Below, one piece after another: positions 28,493 through 38,416 of a stretch of DNA of 64,000 nt; position 1 is the stretch's first letter; every line of letters starts with the position of its first letter. A model generated the notes under the pieces. It did no database searches. It was not told where the DNA came from and worked only from the letters and a program-made list of their open reading frames with translations. Source of the DNA: an uncultured Actinomycetota bacterium (GTDB lineage Bacteria > Actinomycetota > Thermoleophilia > RBG-16-64-13); contig CAWDOM010000013.1 in the NCBI GenBank assembly GCA_963803925.1, forward strand, positions 3,065 to 67,064, written 5' to 3'. The translations under genes were made by a program, and so were the position numbers.

Positions 28493-29347
28493 ATGCCTCT
28501 AGCCATAGAGAAGTTCGTTCATACCGAACGGCTGCCCCACATCTGGTGCCCGGGCTGCGGCATCGGCAGTGTGGTGTCGGCGTTTCTCCGCGTCGCGGTG
28601 GATCTGGGTCTCGAGCGCGAGAATACCGTGGTCGTGAGCGGCATCGGCTGCTCCAGCCGCGCCTGCAACTACATCGACATGGGCACGGTGCACTCGATCC
28701 ACGGGCGCGCCCTCGCGGTGGCGACCGGCATCAAGATGGCTCGCCCCGATTTCAACGTAGTCGTCTTCACGGGCGACGGCGACGGTGCTGCCATCGGCGG
28801 CAATCACCTCATCCACGCCTGCAGGCGCAACATCGACCTCACCTGTGTACTGCTCAACAACCAGGTGTACGGCATGACCGGCGGCCAGCTCTCGCCGACC
28901 ATGGAGATCGGCGACAAGGCCACCACCGCCACTGACGGCAACGTCGAGCGGCCCTTCGATCTGTGCCGGTTGGTTGAGGCCGCCGGCGCGACCTTCGTAG
29001 CTCGTGGCACCGCCGCCAACATCCGCCAGACCGAGATGTTCATCAAGAAGGGCCTGCAACACCCAGGCTTCGCCTTCATCGAAGCCGTGGTCCCGTGCCC
29101 GACCGAGTACGGGCGCAGGCAAGGCATGAAGAACGTGGTCAAGATGCTCGACGACGAGAAAGAGCGCACAGTCACCAAGCTCAAGGCGTCGAAGATGACG
29201 CCCGACGAGCTGTCTGGCAAGATCGTCACCGGCATCCTTCACGAGGACAAGACGGTCCCCGAGTTCCAGCGAACGTATGCGGCGTCGGCACGCGCGTTGA
29301 CGCGAGCCGCGGCCGAGCAAGCCCCTATCCCCGAGGAAGAAAAGTGA
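28493..29347 (+). CDS. korB: 2-oxoacid:ferredoxin oxidoreductase beta subunit (TPP-binding, copy 1)
   Basis: WCPGCGIGSV, GIGCSSR and TGDGDGAAIGGNHLIHA are present. The start is set by alignment to copy 2 (MALEIERFLHTERLPH). Confidence 0.85.
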   Translation: MPLAIEKFVHTERLPHIWCPGCGIGSVVSAFLRVAVDLGLERENTVVVSGIGCSSRACNYIDMGTVHSIHGRALAVATGIKMARPDFNVVVFTGDGDGAAIGGNHLIHACRRNIDLTCVLLNNQVYGMTGGQLSPTMEIGDKATTATDGNVERPFDLCRLVEAAGATFVARGTAANIRQTEMFIKKGLQHPGFAFIEAVVPCPTEYGRRQGMKNVVKMLDDEKERTVTKLKASKMTPDELSGKIVTGILHEDKTVPEFQRTYAASARALTRAAAEQAPIPEEEK

Positions 29348-29973
29348 TCCCCGGAACCTCGCTCCCAGACGGCCGGGCGGAGTTGCCCCCGGCCGGCTCG
29401 CAGGCCGCCCCCGTCCGTGAAGGGCTGCTCGCCGACCGCACCTTCGTCGAAGTCCGCTTTGGCGGCAGTGGCGGCCAGGGTGTTCTGCTCATGGGGGTCG
29501 TGCTCGCGGTGGCGGCCAACCACGATCACCGTTGCGTCGTGCAGACTGAGACATACGGTCCCGAGGCCCGCGGCGGGTCGAGCCGCAGCGACGTGATCAT
29601 CTCTGACCTGCCGATCGACTATCCGAAGCTCGATAGCGCCGACCTCTTGCTTGCCCTGTCGGTGCCGGCGGCCAACAGCTACATCAAGAGCCTGCGCCGC
29701 ACCGGCGTCTTCATCTACGATAGCGGTCTGATCGAGGAGCCTCCCGCGTTCTCCGGCACCACGTTCGGCATTCCCTTCTCCCACCTGGCCAAGGAAGAGA
29801 TCGGCCGCGTGCAGACGGCGAACTCGCTGGCGCTGGGAGCCGTCGTCGGCATAACCGGCATCGTTTCGGTGGAGTCGCTGCGCAAAGCCATCATCGAGGC
29901 GGTACCTTCTGGCACCGAGGAGATCAACGCCAAAGCGTTGGCCCGCGGATTGCAGGCTGCCGAGGAGTGCTGA
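29344..29973 (+). CDS. 2-oxoacid:ferredoxin oxidoreductase gamma subunit (copy 1)
   Basis: GTG start overlaps the korB stop (GTGA). VRFGGSGGQGVLLMG and ETYGPEARGG are present. Confidence 0.8.
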   Translation: MIPGTSLPDGRAELPPAGSQAAPVREGLLADRTFVEVRFGGSGGQGVLLMGVVLAVAANHDHRCVVQTETYGPEARGGSSRSDVIISDLPIDYPKLDSADLLLALSVPAANSYIKSLRRTGVFIYDSGLIEEPPAFSGTTFGIPFSHLAKEEIGRVQTANSLALGAVVGITGIVSVESLRKAIIEAVPSGTEEINAKALARGLQAAEEC

Positions 29974-29978
29974 AACGT

Positions 29979-30004
29979 CGAGGGGGCCCTTGCGAGCCCC
30001 CTCG
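29979..30004. terminator. GC-rich hairpin between convergent genes (possible bidirectional terminator)
   Basis: CGAGGGGGC-CCTTGCGA-GCCCCCTCG, a perfect 9-bp stem with no clear U-tract. Confidence 0.5.
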
Positions 30005-30032
30005 TTCGACGTGGATCTGCCTACAACGACTG

Positions 30033-31400
30033 TTACTTGGCGGCCGGGAGGATGTTGGTCGTCGGCATCGGGTATGAACCCATCTCCACGATCTTGCCCC
30101 CCTGCACCTGCTGGATGCGGATGGCATCGAGACCCTGGACGTCGCCTTCGCCGTAGGTGAGAGGCGTCATGCAGATGCCGCCGGTATCGAAGTTCTTGAT
30201 CTGCCGGAAGCCGTTCATGAGCACGTCCTCGGGGGTGAGCTTGCTGGGATCGCCGGCAAGAGAGGCAAGGCGGAGGGCCTCGACCTGCAACATGACCTCG
30301 ACCAGACCAGCCTGGTACATGATGTTCTCATTGCGATTGTTGGGCCGGTACGCATCTTGCAGCACCTTGGAGAACGCGATGCCCGGCACGTCGGCATCAA
30401 CGGCGCAGTAGTCGCCGCCGGTGACGACGCCGTTGGCCACCTCGCCCAAGTCAGGCACCATGATCTGCAGGTGACCCGGCTCGCAGAAGGCGAAGGTGAT
30501 CTTGTAGGCCTGATCTGGGCCCATTCCGAGACGGAGCGCTTCTTTCACCGTCGGCTGCGCGCCCGGGTTGACCATGATGCCGAGTGTCAGGTCGACTTTG
30601 TGGTCTTTGAGCCAGGCAAGCTGGGTCGTGGGCGGCGCGGTGGGCACCAGCGGCACGAACTGGGCGCCGACGAACTCATAGCCAAGCTGCTCCAGGGCCG
30701 CCTGCATCTCGGGGATGTCGATGGTGCGTCCGAGCGCGGCGTCCGCGGTCAGGTAAGCCACTCTGGGCTTGCGAGTCGTATCCGTCCAGCTCTCCAGGAA
30801 CCATTGTGCGACCGCGTACATGGCATCGGTGTAGATGGGGCTCTTCAGGAAGATGTTACCCGGCGGCTGAAGAGTGGCGGGCGGCACACCTTGGCTGGTG
30901 GAGCCAACACTGTCCTCGATCAGCATGTCTTTGAGAGCCATGACCTGGGGCGTGCCGCTGACGCGCTCCACCAAGAGGCCCTTCGACAACAGGTCTTGGT
31001 AGATGGTCACCGTCTTGTCGGGTGCGAGGGCGTCGTCGCCCCAGAGAAGCTCGAAGCTGATGTTGGCGGGAATGGTCTTGTCGGAGAGCCACGGCGCCAG
31101 CACGTGGTTCTCGTTGACCCATTTGACGTAGTCGTCGTAGGCGGCGAGAACGGCCGCGCAGTCTTCAGCGTAGGCACCCGTGAGCGCGAAGGTACCCCCC
31201 ACGTACAGTTTGACCGGCGCACCCAGCGTGGTGTCGGTGCTGGCGGGAGCGGTAGTAGCGGTGGTGTCGCCGGACGCCGTGGTCGCGGTGGTTGCCGGCG
31301 GAGCAGTGGTGACGGGCTCATCGGTGCCCCCGCACGCGGCCAGCACGGGCAGCGCTAATAGGACGATGACGAGCAGACTCAAGAACCAAAGCCTCTTCAT
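30033..31400 (-). CDS. ABC substrate-binding lipoprotein, LivK/Peripla_BP_6-like, with no cognate permease nearby
   Basis: Lipobox VLAACGG, Thr/Ala-rich linker, 455 aa. It is adjacent to the Mo-enzyme operon. Confidence 0.75.
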   Translation of the reverse strand: MKRLWFLSLLVIVLLALPVLAACGGTDEPVTTAPPATTATTASGDTTATTAPASTDTTLGAPVKLYVGGTFALTGAYAEDCAAVLAAYDDYVKWVNENHVLAPWLSDKTIPANISFELLWGDDALAPDKTVTIYQDLLSKGLLVERVSGTPQVMALKDMLIEDSVGSTSQGVPPATLQPPGNIFLKSPIYTDAMYAVAQWFLESWTDTTRKPRVAYLTADAALGRTIDIPEMQAALEQLGYEFVGAQFVPLVPTAPPTTQLAWLKDHKVDLTLGIMVNPGAQPTVKEALRLGMGPDQAYKITFAFCEPGHLQIMVPDLGEVANGVVTGGDYCAVDADVPGIAFSKVLQDAYRPNNRNENIMYQAGLVEVMLQVEALRLASLAGDPSKLTPEDVLMNGFRQIKNFDTGGICMTPLTYGEGDVQGLDAIRIQQVQGGKIVEMGSYPMPTTNILPAAK

Positions 31401-31540
31401 GGTTAACCCCTCTTACGTGTTTGTCCCTGGTCGAGTTGCCCAGAACAGCCTGTCTGTGCCGCGTTCACCTCCCATCCCATACCGTTGTCATATGCTCATG
31501 CCCAGCCCCTCCGCTGGCGGGAGGCCGGGTGATCAGCTAC

Positions 31541-32380
31541 CTAGGGCCTGTCCAGCAGGACCAAGCCCATGTTGAGACTCCGTTCGAGGCGGACTTTGGC
31601 GGCGTAGGGCTCGTAGCCCGCCGCCGTGAGCGATACGTCGTACTCGACGCCGGCTTCCAGCCCATCGACCAGAAACTCGCCGTAGTTGTCAGTCAGCGTT
31701 TCGCGGGCCTTGCCGCCGCTCCACGTCACCGTCACCCTTGCTCCCTCAGCGCACTCGTCGGTATCCGTGTACGCGACGTTCGCCGCGACGAACACCTTGT
31801 TCCACCGTTGGAGGTTCTTGTAGAGAACTCGCGGCCTGGTGCCCAACTCGGCGCGGTACGCCTCGAGTCCCTCGGACGCTTCCAGCGCCGCAACCTCTTC
31901 ATCGGTGGCCAGCACCAGACGAATGGCCCCCGTGGGGCAGATCTGCGAGCAGCGAGTCTCGGTCCATCCCGCGTCGATGAGATGGGCGCAGCCGGTGCAT
32001 TTCTGGGCTACCTGGGCCTCTTCGTTCCAGTAGACCGATCCGTACGGGCACGCGTCGACGATCTCGGGGTGACCTTTGGCTCTGTCGGGGTCGATGATCA
32101 CCAAGCCGTCCTCGCGCCGGTAGACCGCGCCCTCAGGAGCCGCGGAGAGGCAGGCCGCATCGGCACAGTGCATGCAGGGCCTCGGAAGGTAGGCCACCCG
32201 CACTATCGGGTACTGGCCCCGTTCTTTGCGGTCAATGTTCATCCAGCGATGGCCGGTCCAGGGCTGGGCTATCGAGTAGCCGGGGAAGTCGTTGCCGACG
32301 AACTCATCCTTGTCGGCCAGAAAGCAGTCGTTGCAGTCGTGGCAGAGAGCGACGTCGATGATCAGGCTCCACTTCTTCAT
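31541..32380 (-). CDS. Fe-S subunit of a pyrogallol-transhydroxylase-like Mo enzyme (three 4Fe-4S motifs + C-terminal beta-sandwich)
   Basis: MKKWSLIIDVALCHDCNDC, HRWMNIDRKERG, PCMHC, CPYGSVYWNEE, VAQKCTGCAHL, LGTRPRVLYKNL and GEF are present. This matches my recollection of BthL. ATGA overlap with the large subunit. Confidence 0.75.
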   Translation of the reverse strand: MKKWSLIIDVALCHDCNDCFLADKDEFVGNDFPGYSIAQPWTGHRWMNIDRKERGQYPIVRVAYLPRPCMHCADAACLSAAPEGAVYRREDGLVIIDPDRAKGHPEIVDACPYGSVYWNEEAQVAQKCTGCAHLIDAGWTETRCSQICPTGAIRLVLATDEEVAALEASEGLEAYRAELGTRPRVLYKNLQRWNKVFVAANVAYTDTDECAEGARVTVTWSGGKARETLTDNYGEFLVDGLEAGVEYDVSLTAAGYEPYAAKVRLERSLNMGLVLLDRP

Positions 32381-34995
32381 CGCCCACCCCCCATATTCCC
32401 CTGCCATTTCTCCACCTGGATGAGGCACGAGTTGGGAGCCATGCCGGTGGAGGTCGGCGTGACGAACCGCTTGGGGGTGAGCAGGTTGATGCAGCCGGCC
32501 ATGTCGGGGGAATAGCCGGGCCTGCCGAGAGGCTGGTAGTCGGAGCACGACTCGTAGCAGTGCACGGTGCCCGGCGCGAGGCGTTCGGTCACCTGGGCCG
32601 CGAGGATCACCTCACCGCGGTCGTTGAACGCCCGCACGAGGTCCCCAGCGGCGATGCCGCGCGCCGCGGCGTCCTTGGTGTTGAGTCGCACGATCCAGTA
32701 GTGGTGGCCGTCGACGAGCACTCGGTGGTCCTTCACGTCGTTCGACCAAGACCCCTTCACACCGCCCATGGTATGCATGGAGAAGCGAGGATGGGGGCTG
32801 ACGAGCTGGAGTGGATACTTGCCGTAGAGTTCCTCGGTGTGGTGCCCCTCCCAACTTGGGATGTACTGCGGGCCCATGGCCGGGCGTTCGGGGTCGACAG
32901 TACCGCCCGCCTCGAAGCGCGTCAGGCTGTTCGACACGAACTCTATCTTGCCCGACGTGGTCTGTAGACCCTTGAGCCCCACGGTATCCCAAGGGCGCGG
33001 ACCGGAGTCGGGGGTGTCTCGCTTGCGGTCTTCGGCGAACCACCTGAGCCCCGGGGTGGATTTTCTATCGGGTGGTACCGGCACCAGGTAGTAGCCCTTC
33101 TTCTCGAACTCCTCCCAGGAGATCCGGGAAGGCAGGTCGCTTGCCTCGAACATCCGCTTGACCCAGTCGAGGTCGCTGCAGCCCTCGGTGTAGAGCTCGC
33201 CCAGCCCGAGACGGTCGGCGATGAGCGAGAAGATCTGATAGTCGGACTTCGACTCTCCCAGGGGCTCTATACACTTCTTCTGCAGCACGATGAGCCGGTG
33301 GTTGCACTGATCGAATCCGTCTTTGCCGTAGCCTCCCGCACTGGCCCACTCGGCGATGTCCCAGCGCTCGAAGTTGGTGCAGGCCGGCAGCACGATGTCT
33401 GCGAAGCGGCTCTCGCCCTCGAACCAAACCGCCTGGCTGACGACGAACGGCACCTTGCCTTCACGGTAGGCGCGCACGTAGCGGTTGGTCTCGGTCATGG
33501 TGCCGATGAAGGAGTTGCCGTACTTGTAGTACATGCCGACCGGCGCGAAGCCGGGTGCCGGGTACTCATACTTCTTGAACTGCGCCTCGATGGAAGCCCC
33601 GCCGAATCCGCGTCCGCGCCATTCGTGGCGCTCGTGCATCATGGCCTCGGGGATGCGCAGGCGCGAAACCGTCTGGCCCTCAGCCGAGTGCTGCGGATTG
33701 CCTGTCGCGCCCGTCTTTGGCCACATAGCCGCGGCGAGGCGTCCGGCGGCGGTGTTGAAGGCGTCGCCCGAGATGCCTCCTTCGGAGTAGCCGGGGAACC
33801 AGAAGGAGAAGTCGCACGGCACGCCGTGTGTCGTCGACCACATGGCGCAGCCGGGTTTGCCCAAGCCCTGCATGGCCGCGAGACCGATCATGGTGCGGGC
33901 CCACTCGTTGCCGGTCGCCGAGCGGCAGGCGCCGCCCCAGCCGCCCTGCCCGCCGGCGGCGAGGGTCGTCTTCTTGGCTGCCCACTCCCGGGCGAATGCC
34001 CGGATCTCGCGGGCCGGGATGCCGCTCTCCCTCTCGGCCCACTCAGGGCTCTTGGGTTGCCCGTCGCTCGTGCCGAGCACGTAGGCGGCCCACTCGTCGA
34101 AGCCGGCGGTGCGGGTGGCTACGTACTCCTTGTCGTAGGTGCCCTCGCTCAGCCAGGTGAACGCGATGCCGAGGCCGAACGCCACGTCGGTGCCAAGGCG
34201 GGGCGCAAACCACTTGTCGGCCAGGAAGCCGGCGGTGTGGTTGTAGTAGGGGTCGATGAAGACCATCTTCACGCCCAGCTCTTTGAGCCACCGGCGACGC
34301 GGGGTACTCTCAAACGCGGTGTAGATGCCTCCACCGGTCGATTCCGGGTCGGCCGACCAGAAGACCACCATCTCAGTGTTCTCGAGGGCGTCCTCGAGCA
34401 GGTCGTACTGCTCGGGGATGCCCAGCCGGTGACTGAAGCCCCACATGTGCATCCCACCCCAGTGCCAACCTTCCCAGCTGTCGGGGTTGTGCTCGGCGTA
34501 GGTCATGCCGGTGAGGTTCATGAAGCGGAAGTAAGCGCTGAACCGGTAGCCGAGGTTGCCCCACATGTGGTGGGATCCCGGGCAGGTGAGAATCGCTGCC
34601 GGTCCCTGCTCGCGCTTGAGGCGGACTATCTCCCCGGCCACGATGTCGGCGGCTTCATCCCAACTGATCGGCTCATAGCCCGAGGTGCCGCGGTTCTGGG
34701 CGTTGCGGCCGCCGGCGCCGGTGGAATCAGGTGCCCCGCTGGGGTCGAAATCGACTCGCTTGAGCGGGGTGAGGATGCGATTGGGGGAATAGATAGTCGA
34801 GCGGTGCGCCACGGTGTAGGGCGAGAGAGTCGTGCGGCGCGGCGGAGTGAAGGTGCGCCCCCGCGCTTGGATGCTCCACGACGGACCGTCGGTGTCGTCG
34901 AGTTCGAGCGGAAGAATACGCACAATCCGCCCATCGTCGACCTCCACGTGCACCGGCCCACCCGTGGTGAGGTTTGTGAACCGAGTGACGGCCAT
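32377..34995 (-). CDS. Molybdopterin oxidoreductase large subunit, pyrogallol hydroxytransferase (AthL)-like; no TAT signal and no N-terminal Cys cluster
   Basis: 872 aa from ATG 34995. DMSO-reductase-family architecture with size and subunit pairing as in AthL/BthL. Confidence 0.75.
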   Translation of the reverse strand: MAVTRFTNLTTGGPVHVEVDDGRIVRILPLELDDTDGPSWSIQARGRTFTPPRRTTLSPYTVAHRSTIYSPNRILTPLKRVDFDPSGAPDSTGAGGRNAQNRGTSGYEPISWDEAADIVAGEIVRLKREQGPAAILTCPGSHHMWGNLGYRFSAYFRFMNLTGMTYAEHNPDSWEGWHWGGMHMWGFSHRLGIPEQYDLLEDALENTEMVVFWSADPESTGGGIYTAFESTPRRRWLKELGVKMVFIDPYYNHTAGFLADKWFAPRLGTDVAFGLGIAFTWLSEGTYDKEYVATRTAGFDEWAAYVLGTSDGQPKSPEWAERESGIPAREIRAFAREWAAKKTTLAAGGQGGWGGACRSATGNEWARTMIGLAAMQGLGKPGCAMWSTTHGVPCDFSFWFPGYSEGGISGDAFNTAAGRLAAAMWPKTGATGNPQHSAEGQTVSRLRIPEAMMHERHEWRGRGFGGASIEAQFKKYEYPAPGFAPVGMYYKYGNSFIGTMTETNRYVRAYREGKVPFVVSQAVWFEGESRFADIVLPACTNFERWDIAEWASAGGYGKDGFDQCNHRLIVLQKKCIEPLGESKSDYQIFSLIADRLGLGELYTEGCSDLDWVKRMFEASDLPSRISWEEFEKKGYYLVPVPPDRKSTPGLRWFAEDRKRDTPDSGPRPWDTVGLKGLQTTSGKIEFVSNSLTRFEAGGTVDPERPAMGPQYIPSWEGHHTEELYGKYPLQLVSPHPRFSMHTMGGVKGSWSNDVKDHRVLVDGHHYWIVRLNTKDAAARGIAAGDLVRAFNDRGEVILAAQVTERLAPGTVHCYESCSDYQPLGRPGYSPDMAGCINLLTPKRFVTPTSTGMAPNSCLIQVEKWQGNMGGGR

Positions 34996-35142
34996 CAGCG
35001 GGCCACCATCGGCGTGAAGCACGCGAGCGGTTGTCGAACGTCTGCAGTCAACCGGACCTCCTTGGTCGCCATTGCGCTCTGGCGATCACGACTTCGAAGG
35101 AATACTGCTTGCGAACGTGGTCACGTTGCCCTAGACTGATGT

Positions 35143-35159
35143 GGTCCATTTTACGGACC
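35143..35159. promoter_or_regulatory. Candidate IclR operator: GGTCC-N7-GGACC palindrome in the divergent intergenic region
   Basis: GGTCCATTTTACGGACC is flanked by direct repeats CCTAGACTG (35130-35138) and CCTAGATTG (35168-35176). Confidence 0.35.
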
Positions 35160-35233
35160 GCATGGTGCCTAGATTGGACTCACCTAATCTACTTCCGTCG
35201 TACTTGGTCTGTCAACAGGAAGAAGGGGGCGCG

Positions 35234-36064
35234 ATGGCGACAGGCACGGCTGAGGAGCGCCCGCTCGACGCTCCGGGAAGCGACCGCTCCCCGAACCGGA
35301 CCCTCGAAAAAGGTCTGCAAATCCTCAACCTGTTCGACGTCGAACACACCGACTGGAGCCTGAGAGAGTTGCGCGAAGAGTCCGGGTTCTCGAAGACGAC
35401 GACGCTTCGTCTGGTCAAGACACTGGAAGCTCTCGAGTATCTTGCTTGCGATCCTGCTTCCGGCAGGTACTACCTGGGTTCGAGCATGCTGAGGCACGCG
35501 TACGTAGGGCTCTCACGCTCCGAGTTGGCCCGAATCGCCCATCCGTTCATGGTGCAGTTGGCGGAAGAGACGACTGAGACGGCCGGGTTGACGGTCTGGA
35601 CGAATCAGGGACCCTTGCTCGTCGATCTCGTACCGACCTCGCGGATGTTCAAGCCGAATCTTCGACTCGGGATGCTCTTGCCCGGGCGAGGCGGCGCGGC
35701 TGAGAGAGTCCACCTGGCCTTCGGGCGAGAAAGCACGCGCGAGATTGTCTTGGCCGGGCCCCAGAGAGCGAGAACGCCATTCACGCTGACCGACCCGAAG
35801 CGTCTTCGCATGGAATTGGCGCGGGTAAGGCGAGAAGGCGTCTCCTTTGTCTTGCGGGAATGGGATGTCTCCATGGGGGCCGTCGCGGCGCCGGTCTTCG
35901 GCGCGGATGGATTCATCAGGGCCGTCTTGGCCGTGGTCGTGCCCATCGAGCGCTGCGGCGACCAAGCGATGGCCGCCTACACCCAGGCTGTTAGGAGAAC
36001 AGCCCACGCTCTGTCGGAAGAGATAGGTTACCGGGGCGACCCGCCTGGGTCGCCGCTCAGTTGA
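35234..36064 (+). CDS. IclR-family transcriptional regulator
   Basis: N-terminal wHTH (LEKGLQILNLFD...WSLRELREESGFSKTTTLRLVKTLE) plus a C-terminal IclR effector domain. Confidence 0.85.
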   Translation: MATGTAEERPLDAPGSDRSPNRTLEKGLQILNLFDVEHTDWSLRELREESGFSKTTTLRLVKTLEALEYLACDPASGRYYLGSSMLRHAYVGLSRSELARIAHPFMVQLAEETTETAGLTVWTNQGPLLVDLVPTSRMFKPNLRLGMLLPGRGGAAERVHLAFGRESTREIVLAGPQRARTPFTLTDPKRLRMELARVRREGVSFVLREWDVSMGAVAAPVFGADGFIRAVLAVVVPIERCGDQAMAAYTQAVRRTAHALSEEIGYRGDPPGSPLS

Positions 36065-36120
36065 GTCTGCCAGGGTGTGGCACCGCCAGTGCGTGTGACG
36101 AGCGGCAGCTCGAGAGGGTT

Positions 36121-36543
36121 CTAGGGGCTGTAGGTCTCCACCGGCAGCCTTGCCCGCAACCAAGCCTGGATGCCGCCCGCCACGTTGTAGACCTCCGCAT
36201 ACCCGAGCTTGATCAAGATCGACGCGCCGGTGCGGCTGCGGTTGCCGCTGTTGCAGATGACGTAGACAGGCCTATCTTTCGCCAACTCCGCCGGAGCACG
36301 CTGCTCGAGCTGCCCGAGGGGGATCAAGACTGCCCCGGGCGGGACGCCGGTCGTCGCCCACTCGCTCGGCTCGCGCACATCGACGATCTGCGCCCTGTCT
36401 TCAGCGTTCAGCCGTTCGAAGGTCTCTTCAACGCCAACCGTGACGTACGAGGCGGGCGGCGTCACTTCGTCTGCCGAGCAACCGAAAGCGGCCACGCCGA
36501 CGACCAGCGCGGCCGATACGGCGAAAAGGCGGCGGCGACTCAT
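36121..36543 (-). CDS. Rhodanese-domain lipoprotein
   Basis: Lipobox AAFGCS and active-site loop CNSGNRS. Confidence 0.8.
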   Translation of the reverse strand: MSRRRLFAVSAALVVGVAAFGCSADEVTPPASYVTVGVEETFERLNAEDRAQIVDVREPSEWATTGVPPGAVLIPLGQLEQRAPAELAKDRPVYVICNSGNRSRTGASILIKLGYAEVYNVAGGIQAWLRARLPVETYSP

Positions 36544-36871
36544 TTCGCGTGGTCCTCCGACTTACTTGCCGACGTACCGGTGTCGCTCCCAGGCGGGCAC
36601 CCGTGGCCGGCACCTGTTGCCTGCTACCGAAGAAGTCTACCCCAAGACCGTTCCATGCCGAGTCATCCTCGACGTGCATGCCAGGATTAGTGTCCGAGGC
36701 GCAGCATGGCGGTCGGTGTCTCGGGCAGCCCGGCGACGACTATCGCCTTGGCTGCGGCCTCGACGTCATGGGCCACCGCGCGGATCGAGTCTGACCCATG
36801 CGGTCGACTTGGGGGACGCGACGGCGCGTGGCTCTCCGGACATCCATTTGTCGTCTGCGACAAGAGACCGC

Positions 36872-37765
36872 CTATTGGCGCTCGTCACCCGCGCTCTTTG
36901 TCTCTGACCCGCCCGCGCGTCTCGCGAGGCGCCTGCTCGCCCGGACGGCCGTGAACTGAGCTCCAATGAGGAAGATCTGGGCGGAGTAGTAGATCCAGAT
37001 CAGCAGAACGACGAAGCCCGCTGCCGCGCCGTAGCTGGAATCCATGCCGGCCCTGCCCAGGTACACGCCCATGGCGAACTTGCCTACCCCAAATAGCAGG
37101 GCTGTGACGAAGGCTCCAAGCCACAAATCGCTCCGCCTGATCTTCGCGCGAGGCAGCACTTTGAAGAGCAAGGCCATGAGCACCGTCACCACCCCCAGAA
37201 AGACGACGAAGTCCGCGGCGTGGAGTACGAGGGTCGGCGCCGGGAGACGGTCACCCAGCTCATGCCCGAAGGCCGACACGAGCGTCGTCGCCACAAGTGA
37301 GACGAGCAGGAGAAGCCCAACCCCGAGCAGAGCGAGGAAGGTGAGCAGACGGTCCATGAGATTCAGCTTCTTCACTATCCCGGGGCGGGGCCGGTCGCTG
37401 ATACCCCAGATGACATTCAGGTCGGTCTGCAACTCGGAGAAGACCCCGACCGCGCTCGCCACGAGAAGGACGACGCCTCCCACAGTCCCCAGGATGCCGC
37501 TTCTGAAGCTGCCGGCGTTCTCGATGACTGTCTTCACGGCCGATCCGGCGGTGGGCCCCACCGCGCTCCGCACCTGCTCGATCACATCGGCCTGTGCGCC
37601 TGCCTTGCCGTAGACCAGGCCCGCTATCGACACCGCGACAAAGAGTAGGGGAGCGAGAGAGAGGAAGGTGTAGAAAGCGAGCGCAGCCGCCCGTCGCGCG
37701 GTCTCGTCGGCGTTCCATTTCTTCACGAGCTGCCGTGCGAAGGCGGTCGTGGCCTTCATGTCCAT
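36872..37765 (-). CDS. YihY/BrkB family membrane protein
   Basis: AAALAFYTFLSLAPLL and multiple TM helices are present, which is the family-typical N-terminus. Confidence 0.8.
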   Translation of the reverse strand: MDMKATTAFARQLVKKWNADETARRAAALAFYTFLSLAPLLFVAVSIAGLVYGKAGAQADVIEQVRSAVGPTAGSAVKTVIENAGSFRSGILGTVGGVVLLVASAVGVFSELQTDLNVIWGISDRPRPGIVKKLNLMDRLLTFLALLGVGLLLLVSLVATTLVSAFGHELGDRLPAPTLVLHAADFVVFLGVVTVLMALLFKVLPRAKIRRSDLWLGAFVTALLFGVGKFAMGVYLGRAGMDSSYGAAAGFVVLLIWIYYSAQIFLIGAQFTAVRASRRLARRAGGSETKSAGDERQ

Positions 37766-37798
37766 GTGTTCCGCCGGTTCTGCCGGGCGCCCGGCCCG

Positions 37799-38251
37799 CT
37801 AGCCTTCTTGTTCGGTCTGTGCGGCGAGTTTCACCTCGAGGCTGCGCGCCAGGGCCTCGATCGCCGCGTCTTGCGCTGCCAGATGGGCTTGGATCTGCTG
37901 GGCTTCGTGAAGCACGGCCTCGGCGTCGTTGTAGGTGCTCATGGCACGCTCGTCGGAGGCGCGGCCAATGACCGTTTGGCCCACCATGATGACGCTCAGC
38001 AGCACCAACTGCAGAAACGTCTGAGATACCCATTGGACCGTTGTCAACGCCCCGCCCTTGATTGCCTGGGGCAGCGCGACCAGAGCAAGCGCGGCGAAGG
38101 CGTAGGCGCACCACATGGTGCCGACCGCCTCTGTTATTCGCCGTGCGAGCCGGCCGTTGAAGCCTAGGCCGTGCAGCTGCCTCGTCGTTCGTGGCGGCTT
38201 GTCTTTGCGGGCGGACGTGTGCGGGTGCGGCACATAGCTGAACAGACTCAT
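37799..38251 (-). CDS. Small membrane protein with a C-terminal coiled coil (DUF1003 / low-affinity-iron-permease-like; uncertain)
   Basis: Only the last 150 codons of the tracked 447-aa ORF are plausible. They contain two TM helices followed by EAQQIQAHLAAQDAAIEALARSLE. The rest is antisense to korA2. Confidence 0.45.
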   Translation of the reverse strand: MSLFSYVPHPHTSARKDKPPRTTRQLHGLGFNGRLARRITEAVGTMWCAYAFAALALVALPQAIKGGALTTVQWVSQTFLQLVLLSVIMVGQTVIGRASDERAMSTYNDAEAVLHEAQQIQAHLAAQDAAIEALARSLEVKLAAQTEQEG

Positions 38252-38416
38252 GGCAGACATCCTCTCTTGCGGCACCTCCGCGGGGAAGTGGACGACGCGT
38301 GTGGCGGTCTCTGCGATGATGGTAGCAGTCGCCGGCCGTGGCACGTTCCTGAGTCCGGCCAGATCGTCAGGGCGCCAGCGCCGGCAGGTCGCGCGCGGTG
38401 CTATGCTCAGACTGCT

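Noticed and set aside
36640-36870. Possible remnant of an atypical-SDR/NmrA-like C-terminus on the minus strand (…HGSDSIRAVAHDVEAAAKAIVVAGLPETPTAMLRLGH)
   Set aside because: It is only ~40-70 codons, needs a frame change, and has no start or SD. The resemblance is too weak to call a pseudogene.
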